Assembly (NCBI RefSeq): GCF_001194135.2
Contig: NC_068988.1
Location: 13,616,762 to 13,680,761 of the forward strand
From: Octopus bimaculoides
Taxonomy: Eukaryota
Direction of reading: 5' to 3'
Length of the DNA stretch: 64,000 nt
The translations under genes were made by a program, and so were the position numbers. A model generated the notes under the pieces. That model worked only from the letters and a program-made list of their open reading frames with translations, was not told where the DNA came from and searched no databases. Positions 51,451-63,786 of this stretch are shown one piece after another (position 1 is the first letter of the stretch; the number at the start of each line of letters is the position of its first letter).

Positions 51451-52615
51451 CCTATGCAGTTTCTATTCACTCACCCACCACTTCACAAAATATACATATA
51501 CAGATAAATTATCTAAATGTTAAAAACTTTACAATATCTGCTAGATATCATAATTGCTTGCCTGGAATGATATTATTCAAACAAAGATTCATTAGATTCA
51601 ATCAAGCTTACAATTTTGTAGTTTTCTTCTCATAAAAATGTAGTATTTAAAGCATCAAGAATTATTAACAATAGGTGTTATAGGGTTGAACATTTACTGT
51701 AAGTAGTTCTAAAGTTTTAGATATTTATTCGTCATTTCAAATTTCATGTAAGCATTACAAAAGGCAGTTCTTTGTATTTAAACTTTAATAGCATTTTCGT
51801 AAACAGAAAATGTGAAAACAAAACAAACAACACAGTAGAAATTATTAAAATTCACTTAAAAGCAGCCTAGGCAATAAATATGATGATAATTCATTTGCAT
51901 TTATATCAGATTATTTAGAAAACTATGTCTAATATTAGAAACAGTGCTGAACATACTATTGATTGCTGGTTTGATTCCAAACTGTACACAAACAATGTAC
52001 TATACAGAATCACAAGAACAACATTAATGTGGTTACATTCCATCGTATTTAAACACTGCTAATAATTGACTTTCTATAATATCTCTCTCTCTCCCTCCCT
52101 CCCTCACCCCCCTGTTGTACTTTTCTCTCTTATTTCTTACCTCTCATTTAAAATTAGATTTACTTTAGTAAACAATAATAAAATCTATAAGATGATCTTA
52201 CTGATATATTACATACATACTTAGAGATTTCTAAAAGTATATAATAGAAAAATATTTTTTGAAATTTGCATATAATTAGTTCTGCTTGGTTTGAAGAGTT
52301 TGTTGATTTTTATCTTAACCTTTTCTGTAAAAGAAAAAATTAGAAACTATCATTTATTATAATAAGATTGAAGAGAAGTCTCATTTAAAAAATGAATATT
52401 TATTTTTGTATTTTATTTTATTTTATTTTTACAAATCATAAGACTAAGAAGAAATATTTAATTAATTTTATCAATATATAATATCAATGTGATTAAAAAT
52501 ATTTCCCTGGTTGAAAATATTTTTCAAAATAATTTCTAATCAACCTACAGCAGGAACAAACATTTAATAAAGATGCTACTTATAGTTTGCAGCAGCAGCA
52601 GCAATAATGGTGATA

Positions 52616-52794
52616 ATAATTCTTTCTATTATAGGCACAAAGGTTGAAATTTTGTTGGGGAGGGAGCTAGTCAATTACATGGATCCCAGTACTTGGCTGG
52701 TACTCTATTTTATCAACCCTGAAAGGATGAAAGGCAGGACAAAATGCTCCTAAGCATTTTGTCTGGGATGCTAACAATTCTGCCATGTCACTGC

Positions 52795-52839
<45 letters not shown>

Positions 52840-53038
52840 CCTTTCTACTAAAGGCATAAGGCCTGAAATTTTGGAGGAAGGGACTAGTTAATTACATCGA
52901 CCCAATGTTCAACTGGTACTTAAGTTATTGACCCAGAAAGGATGAAAGGCAAAGCTGACCTTGGTGGAATTTGAACTCAGAATGTTAAGACAGACGAAAT
53001 GCTGCTAAACATTTTGCCTGGCACGCTAATGATTCTGC
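52616..53038 (-). mobile_element. Head-to-tail tandem dimer of family D SINEs separated by (AAT)n
   Basis: Copy 1 about 52616-52795 (internally deleted), (AAT)~14 at 52796-52839, copy 2 about 52840-53038. Confidence 0.9.
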
Positions 53039-53100
53039 AATAATAATACTAAATAATAATACTGATTAGGAAGAGGAGGGTAAAAAAATTCATTGATAAG

Positions 53101-53156
<56 letters not shown>

Positions 53157-53480
53157 GAATTTCTTTCAAATTCTTGAATTTAAAAGTGACTCTTGCTTTA
53201 GATACAGATTTAATTAAAAATATCTTTTTAAAGAATACCATTTTATTTCTTTTTTACTGTTCACATTCATTATATTAAGCATTGTCAGCAAATTTATTAT
53301 GAATCAAAACACTACTTCAAATATCTCAGGTCAGAAATTGTCAACCAATTTAATGGTTGATAGTAAATTAACTTACCAACAAATGATACTATAATGATAT
53401 TGATTAACTATGCCTATAAAATTTCTCTTACTAATTGGCTTTTCTCTTTGATAAACTGATTCTGTATTTCTTTTAATCAG

Positions 53481-53620
53481 AGGTGCCTTTGTGAAGACAT
53501 TTCTCTTCTTTCTACACAGAGATCTAAAGAATCACTGGAAAGTGAATTTCATCCAACTAACAAGAAACCCAAACAAAGTAGTCGAATCTCCCTGTAACCC
53601 CACCCATTGTCTTATAACAG
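53481..53620 (+). other. Candidate orphan exon (140 nt)
   Basis: TCTGTATTTCTTTTAATCAG|...|GTAAGA splice signals; one frame is fully open; no recognisable homology. Confidence 0.25.
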
Positions 53621-56477
53621 GTAAGAATACATTAGATATTAATACATCTAAAATTAGTTTCAGAAAAATAAACTTCTACTGTTCTAACTTAACTTAGACT
53701 CAATTACTTTGTTGATACTTTTAAAATTAGGATCAACCAAGCTAAGACATTGTCATAAACAGATTTATGTTGATAAACAATCAAATGAAGAATTGGTTGT
53801 TTCTAACCTGCTACTGATGCTTCACTATGCCCACTCAGCTCTTTAATGGCTCAGTCTACCTAAAGAAACATTACTAAAATAGAATAGTAAATTTCACTGT
53901 AGTAAATATGAGTGTTTAAATGGCTTGCAATTCTCAACTCAACTCCCTTGATAAACATCATGATTATAATACTTTTGAGAATGTTGTGCTTTTAATTTGT
54001 TTTTATTCAGTAAAGACATAAACGTTTTTGAAACTGGCACTTTTCTTTCTCTTAATCTTCCTCAAAGAAACTACTTCCCTATAACAGCAGATTTTAATGA
54101 GATTTTTTAACTCAGAACACAGAGCTGGAATAGCTACCATAAGACAACTTGTCTGGTGTGCTAACATAACCAAAAGAGAACCTGGGCTGTACTAGTTTTC
54201 TTTTGTATATAAGTTTAAATGTATCATGTCATTTGCTTTGTCTCCAATCCTCAAAGCAAGAAGATTTTAAGGAATCTGAAATTTGATTTGATATTGGTAG
54301 GAAATGGAGAAGTCTGAGTAACTTCTGTTAATTACAATTCTCTATAATTAATTCTATCATCTTATTGCAAGTTATCCTTTACATATATCATATTTGGTTT
54401 TCAATTAATATTTATTAATGAGACTTTTCTTCAGTTATTGCTAATCAGACAATGTGTGTTTAGTCAAGCAATAAATTGTGTGCAGAAATTTTCCTGCCAG
54501 ATGTTAAACATCTTATATGATAAATTTAAACATATTGAACTGTGTACCAAATTAACAACAAAAATAGTAAATTTTTAATTATACAGATACAATACTTGAA
54601 GAGTATCAAGACTAATTTGAAAGAATTACAAAAACAAAAGACCAGTTATAAAGAATGGAAGCAAAATGAAAAGTAATTAAGTGTGCTTAATTCTCATAGT
54701 AGGTTCAGAAACCAACTTAATTTATAATTTAAAACAAATGATCAGATAAGGAAGTAATGTAAGAATGAATCAGTCAGCCATAATATATTTCCACATTTTC
54801 AGCTTCCATAAAGTTAGAGAAGATCAGTCTCCTTTAAGCAAAATACATTAATCCAATGAAGATTTAACCAATTAGGTAACCGAGATTAATAGCATGTAGT
54901 AGTAACTTGCCAAAGAGACAATGCAATGCCTGCAGCTAAATAAGAACTTTTGACCTCATACTTCAAGTATCTACCACCTCAGATGTCATCACTTAATTCA
55001 CTTAACCATTGTATTCTTGTATGATTTGAAGCAATCAATTTATATAATGTTTAAACATTATTTTTATAGGAATATACACAGAGTTAATGTCACTTGATAT
55101 TTGTGGAGTTACTAAATCCAACTGAATAAGTAGATGCAACAAAAATTAAATATCAAAACTGGTACCTTAAAACATCTGTCTATATTCATAAATTTGGAAT
55201 AGTATTTATTTTTCAGCGAAGATGAGAGAGAGCTACACAATGTAATCCTACTAGTAGTTCAATAGTTCAACATCTTAATCTCTCACTCAATTACAACCTC
55301 CAACTAATAGTTTATCCATATGACACTCACATGCTAACATTTTCCAACATAACAACATGAGCTAACAATATAATCTAACAAAATATTCATTTAAACAATC
55401 AATAAAGATAGGATCCAATAGAAAAGAGACAAGCCAATTTCGTTTCTATAACACTAGCTGTTAAAATTATAATTCCTTACACTTCTGAATTAGCTATCAT
55501 AGATGTGATACCTTATTACAGCTATAACCTACACAAATATTAGATAGTAATGCAGCTTGAATGCTCATACAACCAATTGTTTCATGGTAGAAATCACTCT
55601 TAAGGAGATTAGCAACTACAAATCAAGATCAGATTGCTAAAGTGTGTCAAGTATATACAATGTAAATCAAGGACATACGCTTAAATGCACAATAAATATA
55701 GGGAATACACTACTCATGGTTTATTCATATTGATTCAAGATTGGACACCAAAAACTAGTATTTATGAATTCAGTCAGCATTTTATGTTATATGTTGATTT
55801 TATTTTAATAAATGACACAAATACAATCACCGGTCTCTGCTAAACAGTCTTTCACAAAAATAAGACCCCTCCCATCCTAAAAAAAAAAAACACCAACAAA
55901 CAAGAAATAGTAATTTCAGAATTCACTAATGAATAAGATAAAAGAAACTTCATTCAATCTCATAGTAGAAAAAAGTTATTCACACTGACAAAGATAATTA
56001 CTGCTTGAAGGATAATTAGAAATATGTTATATGTTAATGAAGGATGGTGTTTGAATTCCAAACAATCATTTTGGCTATGTTACTTTTTATCAAAGGAAAT
56101 TTTTATTTTTTAAATTGTTTTCCATTCTGTGATTGAAATAAAAATTAAGTGCAACTACTAAAAAAAATAAATCTAGTTTTTCAAACATATTTGAGTTTAT
56201 ACTCTTTCAATTATAAAACTGGTTTATACATTGGTTCTAAATACAGACCAATTAAGCGAATTTATTATCTATTAAATTCCAGACAAATAAAAAGAATTAT
56301 GGGGAAGAAAAAATATCTATCAAAAACCAAGAAGGAAAACAGCTAAGATTCTCACAGTAACAAACTCCATTTAATGAAAGTTTTCAAATATTAATACAAT
56401 TAAATCTGTCCAAATCGTGTGAGCATGGAAAATGTATGTCAAAGCAATGATGATTATTATCATGATGATCAATCATT

Positions 56478-56483
56478 ATAATG

Positions 56484-56536
<53 letters not shown>
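56478..56536. repeat. (AAT)n microsatellite following a degenerate retroposon tail
   Basis: Direct reading; gagcatggaaaatg tail relic at about 56420. Confidence 0.9.
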
Positions 56537-56865
56537 TTTGATCATGAAATTTGTATAATTTTATAGTTTTGTACAAAGGAATATTTTTCACCTTGAAGAC
56601 ATCCTCTAAGGTCGAAGAGATGGAAGATCAATACAGAAAGGAATCTGAGACAGCTATCAGATTGTGGATGAAGAATGTGCATGGCTGATTTATTACTATC
56701 GTAATGAAAGTCAATGCCAATTGAGAAAGATCATTATTTCTATTAAGCCATCATGTTAAAATTAAATAGTTAACAAACAAGCACACACACATATAAAGAT
56801 AAGCATACATATGTACACATATACAAACATCATCTATATATACACATATATAAAACACATACAAA

Positions 56866-57105
56866 CGTACACATGGCTTAGTAGTTAGGGTGTTGGACTC
56901 ATGATCATAAGATTGTAGTTTTGATTCCTGGACTGGGCAACGTGTTGAGTTTTTTAGCAAAACTTCATTTCATGTTTCTCCAGTCCACTCAGCTGACACA
57001 AATGAGTAATGCTGTGACAGACCAGAATCGCATCCTAGTTGGGAACATAAATACCATGGAAACCAAGAATCTGATCCTATGAGTGTATATGACTTGGGAA
57101 GGATC
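56866..57105 (+). mobile_element. Family E SINE
   Basis: Colinear with 37843-38100 (atggcttagtagttagggtg...ctccagtccactcagctg...gagtaatgctg). Confidence 0.8.
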
Positions 57106-57209
57106 TTTATACTTTTTCTTTTACACATACATAAATATACACATATATGCAATTACACACACACATATAAACATACATATACACATACATAAACATATAT
57201 ACGTGTGTA

Positions 57210-57253
<44 letters not shown>

Positions 57254-58108
57254 NNNNNNNNNNNNNNNNNNNNNNNNNNNNNNNNNNNNNNNNNNNNNNN
57301 NNNNNNNNNNNNNNNNNNNNNNNNNNNNNNNNNNNNNNNNNNNNNNNNNNNNNNNNNNNNNNNNNNNNNNNNNNNNNNNNNNNNNNNNNNNNNNNNNNNN
57401 NNNNNNNNNNNNNNNNNNNNNNNNNNNNNNNNNNNNNNNNNNNNNNNNNNNNNNNNNNNNNNNNNNNNNNNNNNNNNNNNNNNNNNNNNNNNNNNNNNNN
57501 NNNNNNNNNNNNNNNNNNNNNNNNNNNNNNNNNNNNNNNNNNNNNNNNNNNNNNNNNNNNNNNNNNNNNNNNNNNNNNNNNNNNNNNNNNNNNNNNNNNN
57601 NNNNNNNNNNNNNNNNNNNNNNNNNNNNNNNNNNNNNNNNNNNNNNNNNNNNNNNNNNNNNNNNNNNNNNNNNNNNNNNNNNNNNNNNNNNNNNNNNNNN
57701 NNNNNNNNNNNNNNNNNNNNNNNNNNNNNNNNNNNNNNNNNNNNNNNNNNNNNNNNNNNNNNNNNNNNNNNNNNNNNNNNNNNNNNNNNNNNNNNNNNNN
57801 NNNNNNNNNNNNNNNNNNNNNNNNNNNNNNNNNNNNNNNNNNNNNNNNNNNNNNNNNNNNNNNNNNNNNNNNNNNNNNNNNNNNNNNNNNNNNNNNNNNN
57901 NNNNNNNNNNNNNNNNNNNNNNNNNNNNNNNNNNNNNNNNNNNNNNNNNNNNNNNNNNNNNNNNNNNNNNNNNNNNNNNNNNNNNNNNNNNNNNNNNNNN
58001 NNNNNNNNNNNNNNNNNNNNNNNNNNNNNNNNNNNNNNNNNNNNNNNNNNNNNNNNNNNNNNNNNNNNNNNNNNNNNNNNNNNNNNNNNNNNNNNNNNNN
58101 NNNNNNNN
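57254..58108. other. Assembly gap (855 N)
   Basis: N run, preceded by (TA)n. Confidence 1.
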
Positions 58109-58205
58109 GCCTGGCATAGCCAACTGGTTCACCAGTCCTCAGTCAAATCGTCCAACCCATGCTAGCATGGAAAGCGGACTTAAATGATGACGATGATGAT
58201 GATAT
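58109..58205 (+). mobile_element. Young retroposon 3' tail emerging from the gap
   Basis: gtccaacccatgctagcatggaaagcggacttaaatgatgacgatgat. Confidence 0.8.
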
Positions 58206-58365
58206 ATATATATATATAACGTGAGAGTGTGCTTTGGTTCTTTCTTTCTTTTTCTTTTCTTCCTCCCTTTGTCACTTTTGCTATGAATTAAATTAATGAA
58301 TTCAACGGGATACACCGTCTGCAAGTAGTTGGGTTCAGCATATTATCCTCCATTTTCTAATTGTT

Positions 58366-58371
58366 ACACAC

Positions 58372-58406
<35 letters not shown>

Positions 58407-58685
58407 TATATATATATATATGCGAATATATATATATATGTTCATACACATATATATGCATACATGTTCATACATACATATATGCATACATGTTCATACA
58501 TACATATATGCATACATGTTCATACACACATATATATATATACATACATGTTCATACACACATATATATATATATACATACATGTTCATACACACACACA
58601 CATATATATACATGTTCATACACATATATATACATATTCATACACATATATATACATATTCATACACATATATATACATATTCAT

Positions 58686-58770
<85 letters not shown>

Positions 58771-59195
58771 CATACACATACATATATACATGTTCATACA
58801 TGCACATATATTTACATATATACACATCATTTCTATTATGCAAAAGTATCGTAAATCCAAAACGTTGCTTTTTCAGAAAATGAAAAGAATGGCTTCACCA
58901 TTCCATATCAAAACTGTTGTACTACACTTTGACAATTTTTGATATCTTGGCATCTGAAGCAGCTGGAGATACAATAGTTTGACCAAAAGAACCGGCTATT
59001 GCAAGCCAAAATAAAAATTGAAAAACAAAATGCATTTGGCCAAATCTGGTCATACAACAGTTTAGCATAATAGCAACGACATGTTCATACACATATATTC
59101 ATACATATATCCATACACATATATTCATACACATATACACATTCATTCACATACATCTATATATACACACTGTGTGTGTGTGTGTGTGTGTGTGT
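58366..59195. repeat. Compound (TA/CA) microsatellite-derived minisatellite
   Basis: More than ten CATGTTCATACAC / TATTCATACAC units embedded in (TA)n and (CA)n; interrupted by unique sequence at about 58830-59075. Confidence 0.9.
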
Positions 59196-59689
59196 ATTAC
59201 CAGAAGTACTTTTGAGCTGACATGCTGCCAACTGGTTACATTAATTTATGATATTAATATCAAGAAAGTAACATAAATTAGAAAATAAATTAATCTAATA
59301 CAAATGTGTGTGTGTTTGTGTGTGAGTGTGTGTGTTTGTGGGCGAGTGTATGTGTTCGTGGGTGAGTGTGTGTGTTTGTGGGCAAGTATGTTTATGTGAG
59401 TGTGCGTGTGTGTGTGCATGTATTATTTAAAACATAACTGCCTTCTGGTTTCATCATTTTTATTAGATTTTTTCCTGAGTTTCTACACCTTCATGGTCTT
59501 ATTTAAAAGTTGAATCACTTATTAAAAGTAATATCCAGCAATAAAATATCTGCTCTAGTAAAGACAGCATGGAAGGAACTAATGCAAAAAAATCAAAACA
59601 AGTGGGTGGCACTTAAAACGTGTCTGTGTTATAGAAACCAATTAGAGAAGCAGGTTATTATTGAATTAAATTTCTTGGACAGTTTTTAG

Positions 59690-60345
59690 TTGCTTCTTAT
59701 CATCGTCATTATCATTTAATGTCCATGTCCCATGCTGGCCTTGACTGGACATTTTGACAGAATCTGATGGTTCCAAAGACTGTAGTGTTCTCTAGTGCTG
59801 GATGGCCTTCCTAATGCCAACCACAGTGTGTACTAGGGTGCATTTTTTTTCATATCACCTGCCCTAATGAGGTTGCCATGCAGCTTGCAAGACTAATGAG
59901 TTTTGAGGGGAGTGGGGCAACCTCATACGATGCAAATGAGTAAAGAAGGGTAAAGTTTGAGTGAAAAAAAAGATGGGGACAGAGCAGGTTTCTTGCAGTA
60001 GAGGAGATACACAGCTACTCACATTTTAGAAGAGGGTTTGGGAGGTAATCAGGCGGAGTTGGAAAGCTGTAAAAATGATGGAGATGATGTGTCAAGATGG
60101 ACCTTCAAAGTATGAAGTGGGTAAGAATGATTGCTCCCTACTTCTTCTGCCAGGAGTAAAGGTGGGGAGGGTAGTGGAAATCTGATAGTGCAGAGCAGCA
60201 GAATAAAAATGGATGATACAGTAAACAGAGAGATGAAAGATGGATGACATGCAGTTAGCTCTGTCACTACAAAACAATTTTGTATCATTTATTTTTAAAT
60301 AGAAGGTTGAGGAATATCCCTCCTTTGGCACATGTCAGTTACTGA
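59690..60345 (-). mobile_element. CR1/Jockey-like LINE 3' end continuing into the B module and shared tail
   Basis: Minus-strand peptide ...ISLFTV...HSYP...SFLQLSNSA resembles SLSLFYRY...SHPY...FFPRT.RLWNSLP; followed by ~350 bp colinear with 30760-31130. Confidence 0.6.
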
Positions 60346-60570
60346 TGTTGGCATATGAAAATATAATATATATATATATATATATATACTTATGTAATTT
60401 ATTTTAAATATTAATTTTTTTCTTTCATAAGTTGAAGGAAATATTTCATTCCTGGATTATTTTTTCCAAATGCAAGCAATTCAAAATTACAGCTACAGTG
60501 AGACAAGTAGATTAATAGGGATTATCCAATGCAATTAACTAAAGTCAAAATATGAAACATAATATATCAG

Positions 60571-60601
<31 letters not shown>

Positions 60602-60610
60602 ATTAGTGAA

Positions 60611-60767
60611 TGACAAAAGAACATGAGTTACATAATCACCTTCATTAGCTTACAGTTGTTTCTGTTCAAAGAAGAACATTGCATTCAGGGTTGAGTACTT
60701 TTGCATCTTACAGCAGAAACAGCTGTAAGCTAATGAAGGTGATTATGTAACTCATATTCTTTTATCA
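60611..60767. repeat. Near-perfect fold-back (62 bp arms, 33 bp loop); possible MITE
   Basis: 60611-60672 vs reverse complement of 60706-60767: 6 mismatches, only 3 in the outer 54 bp. Confidence 0.95.
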
Positions 60768-60841
60768 TACATGAGTGGATGTTATTGCTTAATACACTGA
60801 TGCTTTATTCTAAACCATATCTATATTGAGTTCGAAGTTCT

Positions 60842-61184
60842 AAGTTTGCTTCCCAACCACTGTGTTCAGTCCCACTGCACGGCACCTTGGGTGAGTGTCT
60901 TCTGCAGTAGCCCGATCCTGACCAAAGTCTTATAAATGAATTTGGTAGAGGGAAATTAAAAGAAGCCGGTCATGTCTGCGCATGTGTGTATGTGTGTATA
61001 TATACATATATGTACATGCACACACACAATGGGCTTCTTTCAGATTTCAGATTTTGTCAACCAAATCCATTCACAGGGCTTTAAGTCAGCCCAGGGCTAT
61101 CATAGAAGACACTTACTCAAGGTGCCATGCAGTGGGATTGAACCCAGAACAATGTGGTTAAGAAGCAAACTTCTTACCACATGC
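60842..61184. mobile_element. Two family A SINE heads in inverted (tail-to-tail) arrangement
   Basis: Plus head 60842-60970, TG/TA/CA microsatellite, minus head 61028-61184. Confidence 0.85.
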
Positions 61185-62391
61185 TTAATGTTACTGTAAA
61201 ATAGCTTCATGTAATATTGCAGTTTGGTGAATAATATGAAAATGGGATTTCACATGTGACTATACTGTATTCTTATTTTTATTACTGAAAGATTACTGTA
61301 AAGTGACAGTCATATAGTATAATTGAATAAATTGAAGCAATAAAAAGATTACAAAGACAAACTATATAATTAAAACTTCCAAAGACTCTTCAAATTAAAT
61401 AGTTAATGATCTAAAATCTTTTTCTTAAATGTTGTCATGGATGGGTTGGGAAGAGCTGGCAAAACAGTCTCACTTCATTTAGTCAATGTCATCTCATTTT
61501 CTAAGATCTGATCTAACTACCTTTTCCTAGTCTCAAGGCTTATGATGTCAAGAGGGTATTAGTAAGATGTTTTATTAACTTCAGTGAGTTGATGTGATGG
61601 AAGAGAAAATAGAACAAAGCAAGCTAATGTTATACGTCATTTGCTTCAAGTATATTAGCTGAAATCCACTAGTTTTTCTTCCCCTAATTCAAAAATAATA
61701 TTCATCAGCCTAGAACACCATTCTTTTCCTACTTCAGCACTTGATGCTAGTAAAGAGGGATTAGAATATAAATCACCATGTCCAAGAATACCATTTAGTA
61801 AAAGACATAGAAGAAACTAAGTCAAATTGCCATTGATCATTATAGATTTTCCTCCCTTTCTTTACAAGAAACTGCCAATCAGAGTCAACTGTACTGCAGA
61901 TAACGCAAATAAACCGAGATTGCTTCAGCAAAACCCGAATAATCAAAAATAGATTTGAAATAATTCAAAGAGCATTAATATTTTTGTGGTTATACCCAAA
62001 GTATATGATTGTAAGAAAGGCTGAAATTATCCATCTTACAAACCATTTTATGTGAAAAGCCAAAATCTTCAGATGAAGCTTTATTGATGTTATGCAAGAA
62101 CAGCTATTTGTTTATTCATTGGCAAGAATGAAAATGAATAATTTAAGTATGATGATGTAATGATGACTATATTTAGCTAAAGAACTTACAGCCTTTTCAA
62201 ATATGTGTATTGGTTTACACACACACACACACACATATGGATTCCCCACTCAGTGTTTCAATATCCTTAGTATCAATGTCTTGCTGATTTATCCATTTTA
62301 TCAGACAAACAGAGATTAATTCAACACTTCACCTCTAATTCCCAAAAGATATGTGCCCAGTGACAAGAATTGTTAGAAACTTCAATAAATA

Positions 62392-62608
62392 TTAACCCTT
62401 TTGATACTAACCAGCCAGAGACCACTCTTGGCTCTGTGCTATAAACGTCTTGTTTTAAACTGATTTAAATCAAGATTTCATGTGAATTTATATTCTAAAC
62501 TCCAGTTTAACAACGACAGAATTATTTTACTAAATTCCTCATTATTTTCAAAATTAATAGAAACAAAGGCTGAGTATTTCAATAGAAATATGCTAACAAA
62601 AGGATTAA
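62392..62608. mobile_element. piggyBac-type MITE family H (uninterrupted)
   Basis: TTAA-CCCTTTTGATAC ... CTAACAAAAGGA-TTAA; reverse complement of 31274-31717 without the G insert. Confidence 0.85.
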
Positions 62609-63559
62609 GTGTCAAAGGAATAAATATCAAATTACCTTTTATTGATACACACTAATGTTTATGCATGCCACCAGACACAAATAGTTTTATCTGAAGGTCT
62701 ATCTGGGTTTAACATAAGCACAATAAGCTCTGAAGCAGCTTTCTGAAGTTTTGAGGAGTATAAATTTCATACATTTTAATTCACTTACATTTAAACATGG
62801 ATCTAACTTTCAATAAAATAGCATGTGTCTGTGATGTCAAGTATAACTATTAGTTTGCATTGATAAAAGATATCTTGAGGTATGTGCTTCTGTAGTTTGT
62901 TTATTCGTAAGGACTGAATGCATGAGCTCAATATATAGTAATAATGGGCATAGTATGTCTTTATTTTAGATTTCCTTGGCTTCTTTCAATTTCCTCCATT
63001 TATTTTCACACTTGTAAAGAATTCTTTTATTTCTCTCTTTTATAATTCAAACACTTGTATTCATTTTTCATCTTTAACAACAGCCAGGTTTATTTAAGTT
63101 ACCTTTCACAGCTACAGTTTCATTTCCATTACATTATAAAGTTTATCTTTTGAATAAATTTTTTTTTTTCTTTTACCATTGTACATATCAAACAGAGGAA
63201 CAAGGAAACACATTTGAAGGGAAATATCACTGTTGAATGAACTCCACTTAACCCTGAAGAGAAAGACAACCTTCAAATTAAATTCAAAGTCTAGTGTGTC
63301 AAGTCGAAACTAAATGCCCAATAAGCATTTAGCTGTCAATTCATTTAATGAGAATGGTGATAAAAGCTTCTAAAACTCATTTCACACATTCAAAAACCTA
63401 ATCTATGAATAATGGTTTGCTTGCATTCAAAACAATTTTATATTTTGAAAAAATATACTTATATTTGTAAGCAATCACTTTAATATAAGCCATACAATAA
63501 AACAATGGCTAATTTTCAACTATTTAACAGGTAGCTGTACAACAGCAACTTCACATTTT

Positions 63560-63765
63560 CATCATTAACATTTAATGCTCACTTTCCAAGTGGCAAGGGT
63601 TTGATGGTTTGATAGGATCTGGTGAGCTGCAGGGCTGCATCATGCTCCATGTCAACTTTGGCTGGATGTCTTTCCTAATGCCAATCACTTTATAGAGTGT
63701 ACTGGGTGCTTTTTTTTTTTTTATGCCACTGGCACAAGTGAGGTTGCCAAGTAGCTTGCAAAATA
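63560..63765 (-). mobile_element. B-module retroposon 3' end
   Basis: ggatgtctttcctaatgccaatcactttatagagtgtactgggtgc...gaggttgccaagtagcttgcaa. Confidence 0.8.
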
Positions 63766-63786
63766 GTTCCATGTTTCATCAAATGT

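Noticed and set aside
57083-58165. Three 300+ aa ORFs in the track
   Set aside because: They span the 855-N gap.
58329-58942. 144-193 aa His/Ile/Tyr/Thr-rich ORFs
   Set aside because: Translations of the compound microsatellite.
61440-61620. Possible decayed LINE RT segment (LKAYDV-like)
   Set aside because: Similarity too weak to support by eye.
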